64,000 nucleotides of DNA from a virus: IMG/VR virus record IMGVR_UViG_3300030099_005838. One strand, given 5' to 3'. A program made the translations under genes and the position numbers. The notes beneath the pieces were generated by a model that saw nothing but the letters and a program-made list of their open reading frames with translations, did no database searches and had not been told where the DNA came from. The stretch's first letter is position 1. Every line of letters begins with the position of its first letter. Below are positions 40,614-49,931 of the stretch, in pieces.

Positions 40614-41257
40614 TGATTTCCCTACTAGAAATTGCAAAAAGCATCAATGAAGTTGATGACGACAAAATCATCAAGTATAGGGATGAGGAAGGTGAATCTC
40701 AAGAAATGCCAGCCAGTTCTGCAAAAAAACTCCCTAAAGATCATCCGGCAAAGATAGCTTATGATACGATGGGTAAATATGATGATTATCAGGACAAAAA
40801 AGATGATAGTGAAAAGGATGCCGGTGGTAAGTTAGGTGGTGGCGATTTCGATAGAGATATGGGTGATGATACAAAAGATGACAACGCAGAAAGTGATGAT
40901 GTGGAAATATCAGATGCTAACTCTGGTCCTATTGATAGAGATGATATTATGGATATGTTGAAGAACGATTCTGAGATAATGGATAAGATAGGCACAGGGG
41001 ATGATGAGGATTTATATTGGGATGGCATGGATTTAGTAAGTTCAAAGTTTGATGATGCTACAGTAGCATCCATACCCGATGATGCTAATATGACTTTAGG
41101 AGATTTGAAAAAACAGATAATGGATTATGAAGAAGATATGGATGAGACTAAAACAATAAACGGAGTTAAGTATAAACCAATCAAAGAAGAAAAGAAAAAA
41201 TCTAATCCTCGTGTATTAAAAGAGATTTATGATAGAACATTTAGGAGTCTAAAATGA
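40613..41257 (+). CDS. Acidic putative internal head protein
   Basis: Start placed at 40613 (GGAG at 40601-40604). MISLLEIAKSINE N-terminus; very D/E-rich. Confidence 0.55.
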   Translation: MISLLEIAKSINEVDDDKIIKYRDEEGESQEMPASSAKKLPKDHPAKIAYDTMGKYDDYQDKKDDSEKDAGGKLGGGDFDRDMGDDTKDDNAESDDVEISDANSGPIDRDDIMDMLKNDSEIMDKIGTGDDEDLYWDGMDLVSSKFDDATVASIPDDANMTLGDLKKQIMDYEEDMDETKTINGVKYKPIKEEKKKSNPRVLKEIYDRTFRSLK

Positions 41258-41856
41258 AACAATTAATAGTAGATTACCTACCATTTGAAGTAGGGCCCGA
41301 CCAAATAAATGAGGCCATGAAAGAAAACAACGGAAAGTTAGTTGTTCGTGGTGTGTTACAAAGAGCTGACACTAAGAATCAGAATGGTAGAGTGTATCCT
41401 AAAGATATTCTAATGAGAGAGGCTAAAAAGTATTCCGAAGGTTTCGTAAAACAAAAAAGAGCTATGGGTGAATTAGACCATCCTGAATCATCTGTTGTTA
41501 ATCTACAGAATGTATCTCATAATATTACAGAGATGGCATTTAATGGAGATGATTTAGTTGGAACTGTTGAGATACTTACCACACCAAGTGGTAATATTTT
41601 AAGAGAGTTATTTAAGAATGGAATTAAACTTGGTATTTCTTCTCGTGGTATGGGTTCTGTTTCTCCGATGAATGAGAATGGTGCTCAGGAGGTGGGTGAT
41701 GATTTTGAACTGATTGCTTTTGATTTCGTAAGTAATCCATCTACACATGGGGCTTTCTTATATCCAATGAATGAAAGTGTTGATAAGAGTACACCTATTC
41801 GTGATAGTAAGTATGGAAAGGTTGAAGCAGTTATCAATGATATATTAAGGGGATAA
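41254..41856 (+). CDS. Prohead maturation protease (T4 gp21-like)
   Basis: KNQNGRVYP, GELDHP, GISSRGMGS and FDFVSNPS motifs. Confidence 0.93.
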   Translation: MKQLIVDYLPFEVGPDQINEAMKENNGKLVVRGVLQRADTKNQNGRVYPKDILMREAKKYSEGFVKQKRAMGELDHPESSVVNLQNVSHNITEMAFNGDDLVGTVEILTTPSGNILRELFKNGIKLGISSRGMGSVSPMNENGAQEVGDDFELIAFDFVSNPSTHGAFLYPMNESVDKSTPIRDSKYGKVEAVINDILRG

Positions 41857-41858
41857 TA

Positions 41859-42095
41859 ATGAAAGAAATTATTGAAATTAATGGTAAGAAGTACAGAAGA
41901 GTCGAACAAGCTAAAAATAAATATGGCTCTTATGGAAAAAACAGATATGTAATAACCATGAAGTTCGGAGACAAAATGCAATATCAAGGCGAAATGGCCT
42001 TAAATGCAGATAGTGAAGCGGAAGCAAGGAAAATTTATTCAAAACAATCAAAGTCTGGTGGTAAAGGAATTGTCAGTATTAAAAGGGTTGGTTAA
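41859..42095 (+). CDS. Small basic protein, putative internal head protein
   Basis: 78 aa; MKEIIEINGKKYRRVE N-terminus. Confidence 0.5.
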   Translation: MKEIIEINGKKYRRVEQAKNKYGSYGKNRYVITMKFGDKMQYQGEMALNADSEAEARKIYSKQSKSGGKGIVSIKRVG

Positions 42096-42794
42096 ATGCC
42101 AGCTAAATCCAAACAACAACAGAAGTTTATGGGGTTAGTTAGGGCAGTTCAGAAAGGTGAGGTGCCTAAAAGTAAGGTATCCAATGCAATCAAAAAGGTA
42201 GCTAAAAGTATGAAGAAGAAAGAAGTTGAAAAGTATGCTTCTACTAAACATAAGAATTTACCTCAAAAGGTAAGTGAAGCACCTGATGATTTTATCGATA
42301 AGAATTTATCACCTGAAGAATTGTTGATAAGAAAGAAGAAGTATATGCATGAACGTAAACTAAATGAACTCACTCCACAACAGGCTATAAGTATACAAGT
42401 CACTACTGCTATTGATAGATGTGATAAAATTATTAAAGACCTTATCAAAAACGAAGTTGCTAGGAGAGATAAAAAGAAGGCTTTAGAACTTATGAAACTT
42501 TACAAAAAATATTGGGTGGAGTTTTCATCAAGAGCCAAATCTGCTAATCCACTTAAAGAAAATATAAATGAGGTAAAAGATCCAGATGTAATAGCAAAAA
42601 TTAGAGATGTTGTGAAGAATAAACAAAATAAAGTGATAAAGGATCCGGTTACAAAAAGAAATATGAGAATGGATGGGTTTTCAGCATCTGCAATAATACA
42701 GGTGTATGATGCAATCAACACATCAAACAAAAAGAAATTTGCAAAATTACCATTACTAAAAATGCAAAGTATTGCGTTTAAATTTGTGAAATAG
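42096..42794 (+). CDS. Basic modular protein, putative internal head protein
   Basis: MPAKSKQQQKFMGLVRAVQKGE...KYASTKHKNLP module, then modules separated by VSE/LNE/LKE/INE. Confidence 0.55.
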   Translation: MPAKSKQQQKFMGLVRAVQKGEVPKSKVSNAIKKVAKSMKKKEVEKYASTKHKNLPQKVSEAPDDFIDKNLSPEELLIRKKKYMHERKLNELTPQQAISIQVTTAIDRCDKIIKDLIKNEVARRDKKKALELMKLYKKYWVEFSSRAKSANPLKENINEVKDPDVIAKIRDVVKNKQNKVIKDPVTKRNMRMDGFSASAIIQVYDAINTSNKKKFAKLPLLKMQSIAFKFVK

Positions 42795-42796
42795 AT

Positions 42797-42805
42797 ATAT
42801 TTATA
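42797..42805 (+). promoter_or_regulatory. Putative late promoter motif ATATTTATA
   Basis: Intergenic, upstream of ATG 42821; AGGAG at 42810-42814. Confidence 0.55.
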
Positions 42806-42820
42806 TCTAAGGAGAATATT

Positions 42821-43441
42821 ATGATTAAACTAAAAGATTTATTGAAAGAAACTATTACACAAGGTGGTGTGGTATCACGTAATCCTTGGATAAAAGAGCA
42901 GGATGATACTCCGAAGATTAATGTCAAAGAGTTGGTATCTCAGATTAACAATTTTAATAAACTTGGTGAGGCAATTACTGGTAAGGATAGTTTGAAAGGT
43001 ATAGCAGAAACCTTATCTTCTATTGCAGAAGGTGCAGCACAACACACTCTATCTGAGACAGATGATATGTTCGATAAAGTTACAGTTAGTCGTAATATGA
43101 AAGAACTTACAACACTATCAAAACAGTTTGGTAAAGTTGCTAGTGAAGCAAATTCACTACAAGAAAGAATGACTGGTTTGTATGAGGATATGGGGCACAT
43201 CTTAAATCGCTATTATGAAATCAATGAAACTCATGTGTATGGACATGATGATGAAGATTCAGAAGAAATGGATGAAGCAGATAAAATGATGTTTAGAGAA
43301 GAAGATGATTACAAAGCATTCTTCAAAAAAGCAATGAAAAAATTCAATGTATCTAATATTGAAGATATGGATTCAGATGAGAAAAAAGATTTCTTCAACT
43401 ATGTGGATAGAAACTATAAGGCAAAAAACGAAAAAGACTAA
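42821..43441 (+). CDS. Putative prohead core/internal protein
   Basis: MIKLKDLLKE N-terminus, coiled-coil middle, acidic C-terminal part. Confidence 0.55.
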   Translation: MIKLKDLLKETITQGGVVSRNPWIKEQDDTPKINVKELVSQINNFNKLGEAITGKDSLKGIAETLSSIAEGAAQHTLSETDDMFDKVTVSRNMKELTTLSKQFGKVASEANSLQERMTGLYEDMGHILNRYYEINETHVYGHDDEDSEEMDEADKMMFREEDDYKAFFKKAMKKFNVSNIEDMDSDEKKDFFNYVDRNYKAKNEKD

Positions 43442-43450
43442 GAGGTAAAT

Positions 43451-43678
43451 ATGTCAATAAAGGTTGTCGTAAAGAATAATAATTACGAAAAAGCTCTCAG
43501 TATATTCAAACGTAAGGTAAAAGAATCAGGTATTCTATATGAATTGAGAGAAAGAGAACACTATAAAAAACCATCTATGCTTAAAAAAGAGATGAAAAAT
43601 AAAGCAAAAGCCCGTAATCATTGGAAAAAAGTCAAACTTTTAGAAGAAGATTCATACAAAAAGGGTAGAAAATTCTAA
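43451..43678 (+). CDS. rpsU: Phage-encoded 30S ribosomal protein bS21
   Basis: IKVVVKNNNYEKALSIFKRKVKESGILYELREREHYKKPS matches the bS21 pattern (V.V....E.ALxxFKRK...G...E.R.RE.YxKPS); GAGGT RBS. Confidence 0.9.
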   Translation: MSIKVVVKNNNYEKALSIFKRKVKESGILYELREREHYKKPSMLKKEMKNKAKARNHWKKVKLLEEDSYKKGRKF

Positions 43679-43684
43679 TTTCTT

Positions 43685-43693
43685 ATATTTATA
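43685..43693 (+). promoter_or_regulatory. Putative late promoter motif ATATTTATA
   Basis: Start of the intergenic region leading to scaffold and capsid genes. Confidence 0.55.
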
Positions 43694-43708
43694 TATATCA
43701 AAACTAAA

Positions 43709-43792
43709 TACACCGTTCCTACCTATACGGTGTAACCGAATGTAATAATTCTATTATAGTTCCCAATAACTATACTAAATCCTAAATAGGAG
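43709..43792 (+). promoter_or_regulatory. Structured 5' leader of the scaffold/capsid operon (two hairpins plus RBS)
   Basis: TACACCGT/ACGGTGTA stem (43709-43734), TATAGTT/AACTATA stem (43755-43774), AGGAG at 43788-43792. Confidence 0.5.
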
Positions 43793-43799
43793 AATAATA

Positions 43800-44906
43800 A
43801 TGGATGATCTCTTAAAAGAAGCGATTGCCGACGCTAAAGCAGTTCGTGAAACAGCTTTAGAAAATGCAAAGATGGCTTTAGAAGAGGCTTTCACACCTAA
43901 ACTTCAGAATATGTTGTCTAAGAAAATCCAAATGGAAATGGAAGATGAAGATGAAATGAAGGAAGGTGAACACGAAGATGAGATGGAAGAAAGAGCACAT
44001 GATGACGATATGGAAGAAAGATCTATGATGAAAGCAGGTGAAGAGGATGAGATGGAGGAAAGAGCACACGATGATGATATGGAAGAAAGATCTATGATGA
44101 AAGCTGGTGAAGAAGATGAAATGGATGAGTCTAACGTAATCGAAATCGATGGTGTTAAGTATGCACCAGTTGTTTCCGAAGAAGAAGATGAAGAAGAGAT
44201 GGAAGAAAGATCTATGATGAAAGCTGGTGAAGAAGACGAAATGGATGAAGATGCAGATCTTGATCTTGAGGCTGTTATCAAAGAGTTAGAATCAGAAATT
44301 AATGAGGAAGAGGAAGAAGAGATGGATGAAACTGTCGATGAAAACGATGTATCCTCAGGAATCGGAAAATCTGATAATAAAGTTGATAAGAAAGCTGGTG
44401 ATTCTTCAGGTATCGGAAGCGATGGAAAAGCAAAACTCAAAGAAGGTGAAGATAAAGAAGATATGGAAGAAGATATTGATCTTGAAGAAGTATTGAAAGC
44501 ACTTTCTGAGGAAGAAGAGGAAGAAAAAGAAATGGATGAAGTTTCTGAATTGAAATCTTCTTTAGAAGAACATCGTAACGTAATCGAAGACCTTCGTGAA
44601 AAGCTAAATGAAGTTAACTTGCTAAATGCTAAACTTCTATTCACAAACAAACTATTCAGAAAGTATGGTTTGAATAACGAACAGAAGATGAAAGTCGTTG
44701 AGCAATTCGATAGAGCTAGTAACCTTAGAGAAGTCAAGTTAGTTTACTCTACACTTGGTGAGTCTTTTGGTGCTAGAAAGAATGAAATAAATGAATCTAA
44801 AGGAGCTGCTTCCAAACCAGTCGCCTCAACCAAATCTGAAAAGAAAGTAATTTCTGAAGGAAATGATTTGAGAGATAGGTTTAAGAAGTTGGCAAACATC
44901 CTTTAA
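43800..44906 (+). CDS. Prohead scaffold protein (T4 gp22-like)
   Basis: Extremely acidic coiled-coil protein immediately before the capsid gene; conserved-looking ends (DLLKEAIADAKAVRETA; LNEVNLLNAKLLFTNKLF). Confidence 0.85.
   Translation: MDDLLKEAIADAKAVRETALENAKMALEEAFTPKLQNMLSKKIQMEMEDEDEMKEGEHEDEMEERAHDDDMEERSMMKAGEEDEMEERAHDDDMEERSMMKAGEEDEMDESNVIEIDGVKYAPVVSEEEDEEEMEERSMMKAGEEDEMDEDADLDLEAVIKELESEINEEEEEEMDETVDENDVSSGIGKSDNKVDKKAGDSSGIGSDGKAKLKEGEDKEDMEEDIDLEEVLKALSEEEEEEKEMDEVSELKSSLEEHRNVIEDLREKLNEVNLLNAKLLFTNKLFRKYGLNNEQKMKVVEQFDRASNLREVKLVYSTLGESFGARKNEINESKGAASKPVASTKSEKKVISEGNDLRDRFKKLANIL
43974..44250 (+). repeat. 69-nt tandem duplication plus a partial third copy in the scaffold gene
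   Basis: EDEMEERAHDDDMEERSMMKAGE at 43974-44042 and 44043-44111; partial copy from 44196. Confidence 0.85.
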
Positions 44907-44923
44907 TAATTGGGAGACATAAA

Positions 44924-46591
44924 ATGTCAAATTTCGATAATCTCGATCAATTGATGAATGGGCATAACCCTCATCAAGAGCTCCTATCACAGACTCGTAA
45001 GTTAGTAGATAAGTGGGAGCCAACCGGATTGTTAGACGATATGACTGATTCCACTAAGAAAACAGGTATGGCTGTTCTTTTAGAAAACCAGGCGACTCAG
45101 CTTATTAAAGAAGCTTCAGGTACAGGTACTGGTGGATCTAGAGAAGAATGGTCTGGTGTTGCTTTACCATTGGTTCGTAGAATCTTTGGTGAGATTTCAG
45201 CACAAGAGTTTGTTAGTGTTCAGCCAATGAACCTACCTTCTGGTCTTATATTTTATCTAGATTTCAAATATGGTTCTGCTAACCAAGCAAATCACTCTCA
45301 AAATACAGATGTATTTGGTGTGACTTCAGGTTCAGGCGATCCTAATCAAGGTCTTTACGGAGCTGGTAAATCTGGATATTCAATTAACGATAAAGTAACT
45401 GCAATTCAGTTGTCAGGTTCTGCTGTTGCGAATGCAGTATTCACAGTAACACACCCGACATGGAAAGAGTTAGAATTTGAACCAGATTTGAGTGCTTCTT
45501 TATCCGCTGGTAACTTATCTAAGTTAACAGTTGATTCAGATGCTTTTACCAATCCTGATACCGAAGGTATTAAGGCTTGGGAAGTAAGTGGTTCATTTAT
45601 TGATGCTATTTTCCCTCAGTATACAAGTATCGCTGCAAATGGTGATGTATCTTTTATAGTACAACACGGTGAAACACATTCTGCTGATGATAACATTACT
45701 ATACTGAACTCAACTGCTACAGCATCTGTGCTTTATCATCAACAGCCAACTGCGACCGCACGTGGTGATTTCGAACAAAGTTCATTCACCGTACCTGGTC
45801 CAGCTGCTGCAGATGATTTACAGATTCCTGAAGTAGACATTCAGTTAAGATCAATTCCAATTGTTGCTAAAACTCGTAAGTTGAAAGCAGTATGGACTCC
45901 TGAGTTAGCTCAAGACCTTAATGCTTATCACTCTGTCGATGCAGAAGCTGAGTTGACAGCAATGTTAAGTGAATACATCGCAATGGAAATCGATTTAGAA
46001 ATCCTTGATATGTTACACTTGAATGCAGTTGCTAAAACAGCTTACTGGTCAGCTAAGGTTGGATTTGAGTATGATGGAAGTGGAACAGGTGCACCTGCTT
46101 GGACACAAGTAAGTGGAGCTTCTAATGCTTATACTAAGTCTTCTTGGTATCAGACATTAGGTATTAAGATACAATCTGTTTCTAATGCTATTCATCAGAA
46201 AACACTACGTGGTGGTGCTAATTTTGTTGTTGTTTCACCTGAAACTGCTACAATCTTAGAATCCGTAAGTGGATATCTAGCAAACACTGGTGATGCATCT
46301 GCTAAGACATATGCAATGGGTGTTGAAGCTGTTGGTTCAATCAATAACAGATATACTGTTTATAAGAACCCTTACATGCTAAACAACGATATACTTGTTG
46401 GTTTCAGAGGAAGTAATTTCTTAGAAACTGGTGCTGTATATGCTCCATATGTACCAATGATTATGACTCCATTAGTATACGATCCTCAGAACTTCACACC
46501 TCGTCGTGGAGTAATGACTCGATATGCAAAGAAGATGGTCCGTCCAGAATTCTATGGAAAAGTCATTGTTGCAGACATCGACCAAGTTTAA
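44924..46591 (+). CDS. Major capsid protein (T4 gp23-like)
   Basis: LPLVRR...VSVQPMNLPSGLIFYLDF, KTRKLKAVWTPELAQDLNAYH, EIDLEIL, YAPYVP...PRRGVMTRY. Confidence 0.95.
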   Translation: MSNFDNLDQLMNGHNPHQELLSQTRKLVDKWEPTGLLDDMTDSTKKTGMAVLLENQATQLIKEASGTGTGGSREEWSGVALPLVRRIFGEISAQEFVSVQPMNLPSGLIFYLDFKYGSANQANHSQNTDVFGVTSGSGDPNQGLYGAGKSGYSINDKVTAIQLSGSAVANAVFTVTHPTWKELEFEPDLSASLSAGNLSKLTVDSDAFTNPDTEGIKAWEVSGSFIDAIFPQYTSIAANGDVSFIVQHGETHSADDNITILNSTATASVLYHQQPTATARGDFEQSSFTVPGPAAADDLQIPEVDIQLRSIPIVAKTRKLKAVWTPELAQDLNAYHSVDAEAELTAMLSEYIAMEIDLEILDMLHLNAVAKTAYWSAKVGFEYDGSGTGAPAWTQVSGASNAYTKSSWYQTLGIKIQSVSNAIHQKTLRGGANFVVVSPETATILESVSGYLANTGDASAKTYAMGVEAVGSINNRYTVYKNPYMLNNDILVGFRGSNFLETGAVYAPYVPMIMTPLVYDPQNFTPRRGVMTRYAKKMVRPEFYGKVIVADIDQV

Positions 46592-46616
46592 TTGAATATC
46601 AATTAATCTTATTCTT

Positions 46617-46648
46617 AAAAAGGGGAAGTGTTTACTTCCCCTTTTTTT
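46617..46648 (+). terminator. Rho-independent terminator after the capsid gene
   Basis: AAAAA GGGGAAGT-GTTT-ACTTCCCC TTTTTTT: 8-bp stem plus U-tract. Confidence 0.9.
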
Positions 46649-46657
46649 GTTTCTTAT

Positions 46658-46666
46658 ATATTTATT
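46658..46666 (+). promoter_or_regulatory. Putative late promoter motif ATATTTATT
   Basis: Immediately after the terminator, upstream of ATG 46698; AGGAG at 46687-46691. Confidence 0.55.
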
Positions 46667-46697
46667 ATTGAATATGTATATCTTTTAGGAGAAAATA

Positions 46698-47858
46698 ATG
46701 GAAGCGATTTGGCCAGGTAGTAGTTCATTTGCAAGTGGACAAACACCATATGGATTTTACGATAGCGATACTGAATTTTCAGGTTCAGGTAATCACTCTG
46801 TAGATAAGTTTGCAAATTGGGCAGCAAAAAGATTAGGGTTTCCTATAATTGCGATAGAATTACAAGATGTTCAATTCTATGCATGTTACGAAGAGGCAAT
46901 TACAGAATACTCAGCACAAGTAAATCAATTTAATATCAAAGATAATATATTATCTTTACAAGGACAATCCACAGGTTCAAATATCACACATACAAAGGTA
47001 ACACCAACCTTTGGTAGAACTATACAATTATCAGAACAGTATGGTTCAGAGGCAGGTGTTGGTGGAACTATAGATTTTAAAAGTGGTTCAATAAACATAG
47101 TAAGTGGTTCTCAGGTTTATGACCTAAATGCATGGGCTACAGTAAGTGAAAGTGTTGCACAATCAGGTTCCGGCATAGAAATTAGAAAAGTTTTCTATGA
47201 AGGTTCACCGGCAATCACTCGATACTTCGATCCATACGCTGGTACGGGAGATGGTTCATATAATATGTTAGATAATTTTGGATGGGGTAATTACTCACCT
47301 GCAGTACAATTTATGATGATGCCGATGTATGCAGATTTGTTAAAAGTACAGGCGATAGAGTTCAACGACCAAATAAGAAAGTCTGCATATTCATTTGAGT
47401 TGGTAAATAATAAACTAAGAATTTTTCCACCCCCAACTTCTAATTATAAATTACACTTCAAATACTTACTCAAAGATGATAGGAATAATACTGCTCAAGG
47501 AAAAACAACCGGCGTGGTTTCTGATATTTCAAACGCACCTTACGATAATATGGAGTTTAAATTTATAAACGATGTCGGTAAACAATGGATAAAAAAGTAT
47601 GGTTTGGCTTTATGCAAAGAATTATTAGGAACTATAAGAAGTAAATATGCATCTTTACCCATACCAAACTCAGAAGTTAATCTAGATGGTGATACTTTAA
47701 GAACAGAGGCATCTACAGAGAAGGAATTGTTAATGACTCAGTTAAGAGAAATTTTAGAACAGACAAGTAGAAAAGCATTGTTAGAAGCTGATAAGGAAGA
47801 AGCACAACATCTACAAGAAAAACTACAGAAAGTTCCGTACCCAATTTACATAGGATAA
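46698..47858 (+). CDS. Neck/head-completion protein (T4 gp13-like)
   Basis: WAAKRLGFPIIAIELQD...ACYEEAI N-terminus; WIKKYGLALCKELLGTIRSKY...LDGDTLRTEA C-terminus; first gene after the capsid gene. Confidence 0.8.
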   Translation: MEAIWPGSSSFASGQTPYGFYDSDTEFSGSGNHSVDKFANWAAKRLGFPIIAIELQDVQFYACYEEAITEYSAQVNQFNIKDNILSLQGQSTGSNITHTKVTPTFGRTIQLSEQYGSEAGVGGTIDFKSGSINIVSGSQVYDLNAWATVSESVAQSGSGIEIRKVFYEGSPAITRYFDPYAGTGDGSYNMLDNFGWGNYSPAVQFMMMPMYADLLKVQAIEFNDQIRKSAYSFELVNNKLRIFPPPTSNYKLHFKYLLKDDRNNTAQGKTTGVVSDISNAPYDNMEFKFINDVGKQWIKKYGLALCKELLGTIRSKYASLPIPNSEVNLDGDTLRTEASTEKELLMTQLREILEQTSRKALLEADKEEAQHLQEKLQKVPYPIYIG

Positions 47859-47862
47859 TAAA

Positions 47863-48351
47863 ATGGCAGGAAGATTTTTACCTCAAAAGGACGTCGACCT
47901 TATAACAAGAATAACAAAAGAGCTTGTTGGTGATAAGAAAAATAGTAAAGATGGTATTATTAATCAGGAAGTAGTCATCTATAAACCATCACTGCAGGAA
48001 TCTGCAACTAACATGTATGGTGAAGCTGCTGGTGGTAACAAAGTTTACAAAAATGGTGTTCAGATGAATTGTCTAATAAATGCATCAGATTTCGATTATA
48101 ATCAGGATGACTTTAGTGTTGATAATAGACAGACAGTAGAATTCTCATTTTTGAGACAATCTTTTATAGATGCTAGTATGGTATTAGAAATAGGTGATTT
48201 AATAGATTGGAACTACGGATATTTTGAGATTGGTTCAATAAATGAGAACCAGTTGATTGGTGGTATGTTTGAACAAAATTATTCGGTTGTAGCAACATCC
48301 TTTTTAGTGAGAAAAAGTTCTGTACAAATAGAAAGAGTTAGGAGTATTTAA
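47863..48351 (+). CDS. Neck/head-closure protein (T4 gp14-like)
   Basis: NMYGEA...LEIGDLIDWNYGYFEI pattern; position after the gp13-like gene. Confidence 0.65.
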   Translation: MAGRFLPQKDVDLITRITKELVGDKKNSKDGIINQEVVIYKPSLQESATNMYGEAAGGNKVYKNGVQMNCLINASDFDYNQDDFSVDNRQTVEFSFLRQSFIDASMVLEIGDLIDWNYGYFEIGSINENQLIGGMFEQNYSVVATSFLVRKSSVQIERVRSI

Positions 48352-49892
48352 TGGCTCGTGAAAAACCAATACCACGTTCAAGAAGAAAAGATTTTAATCG
48401 TGGTTTTAAAAGATCTAGAAACGATGATGAAGTAAAAAACTTTTCAATTGGTCTAACCGATATAGATGCAACAATTATGTTTTATTTCAATAATGTCATT
48501 AAACCACAAGTTGCAGAAAATGGTGAAATCATTAAAGTTCCGATTATGTATGCAAACCCTGAAAGATGGTCGATGGTTCAGAAAAAAGGTTTCCTATACG
48601 ATAATAAAAAACAATTAATAATTCCTCTTATTGCATTCAAAAGAACTTCAATAGAAAAAGATAATGATTTGACTGTCGATAAGTTAAACCCACAGGACCC
48701 ACAGCTACAATATACCTTTCAAAAACAATACTCGGATAAAAATAGATATGATAAATTTTCTGTTCAACAGGGACTAAACCCTACCAGAGAATTATACGCA
48801 GTACCTGTTCCTGATTATGTAAAACTTTCATATGATTTTGTCATATGGACTTCATATACGGAACAAATGAATTCCATTGTTGAAAAATTAATTTATTCAG
48901 AAGGTGCTTATTGGGGGGAAGATGGTAAGTTTAAGTTTAGAACACAGATAGACAATTATACAGATGCTAGTGAAATAAATATAAATCAAGAAAGAATTAT
49001 AAAAACCACATTTAGTGTTACAATGAACGGTTATCTCATACCGGAGGAGTTCAGCAAGGTGGTTACAACCCAAAAGAAACTAACACCTAAAAGAATACTA
49101 ATAGGTGATGATGTATCTATTGATTTGGGAGCAATAACTAAGACAGGACAAGATGTAAATATAACAGTACAAAAAGCAGCTGGTGCAGGTGGTGGTGGTT
49201 TAGAGAATCCTATCAATTTTGTGGCAGGAACAGGAGTAACAATAGGTGGTGGTTCAACATTTGATGGAACATCCGAAGGTAATTTCAGTTTTAGTATAGG
49301 CCAGGCAGTCGATACAACAAGCACGGTGCAGTTTGCAAATGTATCTGCTTCTAGTACAATTCACGTCGGTCCAACGTCATTTGAAATATCACAAAGGGAT
49401 GATGGTAAAGCTCAAGTAAATACTGATTGGGTAGTATTAGGTAACATTATTGCTGAAAACTATATAGTCTCGTCATCTGTTACTCATATGACAACTTCTT
49501 TTGCAAGTGGTTCGAATATATTTGGTGATAGTTTAGATGATACACATAGGTTTACGGGTTCAATGAATGTGACAGGTTCTCTTACTGTAAATGGTGTCGC
49601 TACAACAACAACTAATGATTATCTTCGAAAAAACTTTGTTAAAAAAGCAACTTCGATAACTGTACCTTCTACTGCAAGTTTTACTGCAATTACCGCATCT
49701 GCACCTAGTGGTGTTACAGCCACAAATGAACAAGACTTTTTGTTTTTTATAAATGGTCAGTATATGGAACATGATGCATTGACAATCAAACAAACAGGTT
49801 CAACATTTCTACTACTCGTTGATAATAGTAGTATTGGTTATGATTTAGAAACCGATGACGAAATAATTGCTCAAGGTAAATTTAATTCCTAA
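48351..49892 (+). CDS. Tail terminator/sheath stabiliser (T4 gp15-like) with C-terminal fibre-like extension
   Basis: N-half IKVPIMYANPERW...PLIAFKRTS...VPVPDYVKLSYDFVIWT; C-half G/S/T-rich and contains a module shared with the fibre genes. Confidence 0.65.
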   Translation: MAREKPIPRSRRKDFNRGFKRSRNDDEVKNFSIGLTDIDATIMFYFNNVIKPQVAENGEIIKVPIMYANPERWSMVQKKGFLYDNKKQLIIPLIAFKRTSIEKDNDLTVDKLNPQDPQLQYTFQKQYSDKNRYDKFSVQQGLNPTRELYAVPVPDYVKLSYDFVIWTSYTEQMNSIVEKLIYSEGAYWGEDGKFKFRTQIDNYTDASEININQERIIKTTFSVTMNGYLIPEEFSKVVTTQKKLTPKRILIGDDVSIDLGAITKTGQDVNITVQKAAGAGGGGLENPINFVAGTGVTIGGGSTFDGTSEGNFSFSIGQAVDTTSTVQFANVSASSTIHVGPTSFEISQRDDGKAQVNTDWVVLGNIIAENYIVSSSVTHMTTSFASGSNIFGDSLDDTHRFTGSMNVTGSLTVNGVATTTTNDYLRKNFVKKATSITVPSTASFTAITASAPSGVTATNEQDFLFFINGQYMEHDALTIKQTGSTFLLLVDNSSIGYDLETDDEIIAQGKFNS

Positions 49893-49919
49893 ATTCCACT
49901 TTTCTTTTACCATTTCTTT

Positions 49920-49928
49920 ATATTTATT
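49920..49928 (+). promoter_or_regulatory. Putative late promoter motif ATATTTATT
   Basis: Intergenic, only 3 nt upstream of ATG 49932, so it may serve the next gene (50191) instead. Confidence 0.4.
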
Positions 49929-49931
49929 TAT

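Noticed and set aside
43904-44737. 277-aa minus-strand ORF
   Set aside because: Ser-rich shadow of the acidic scaffold codons (GAA/GAT); no RBS or motif.
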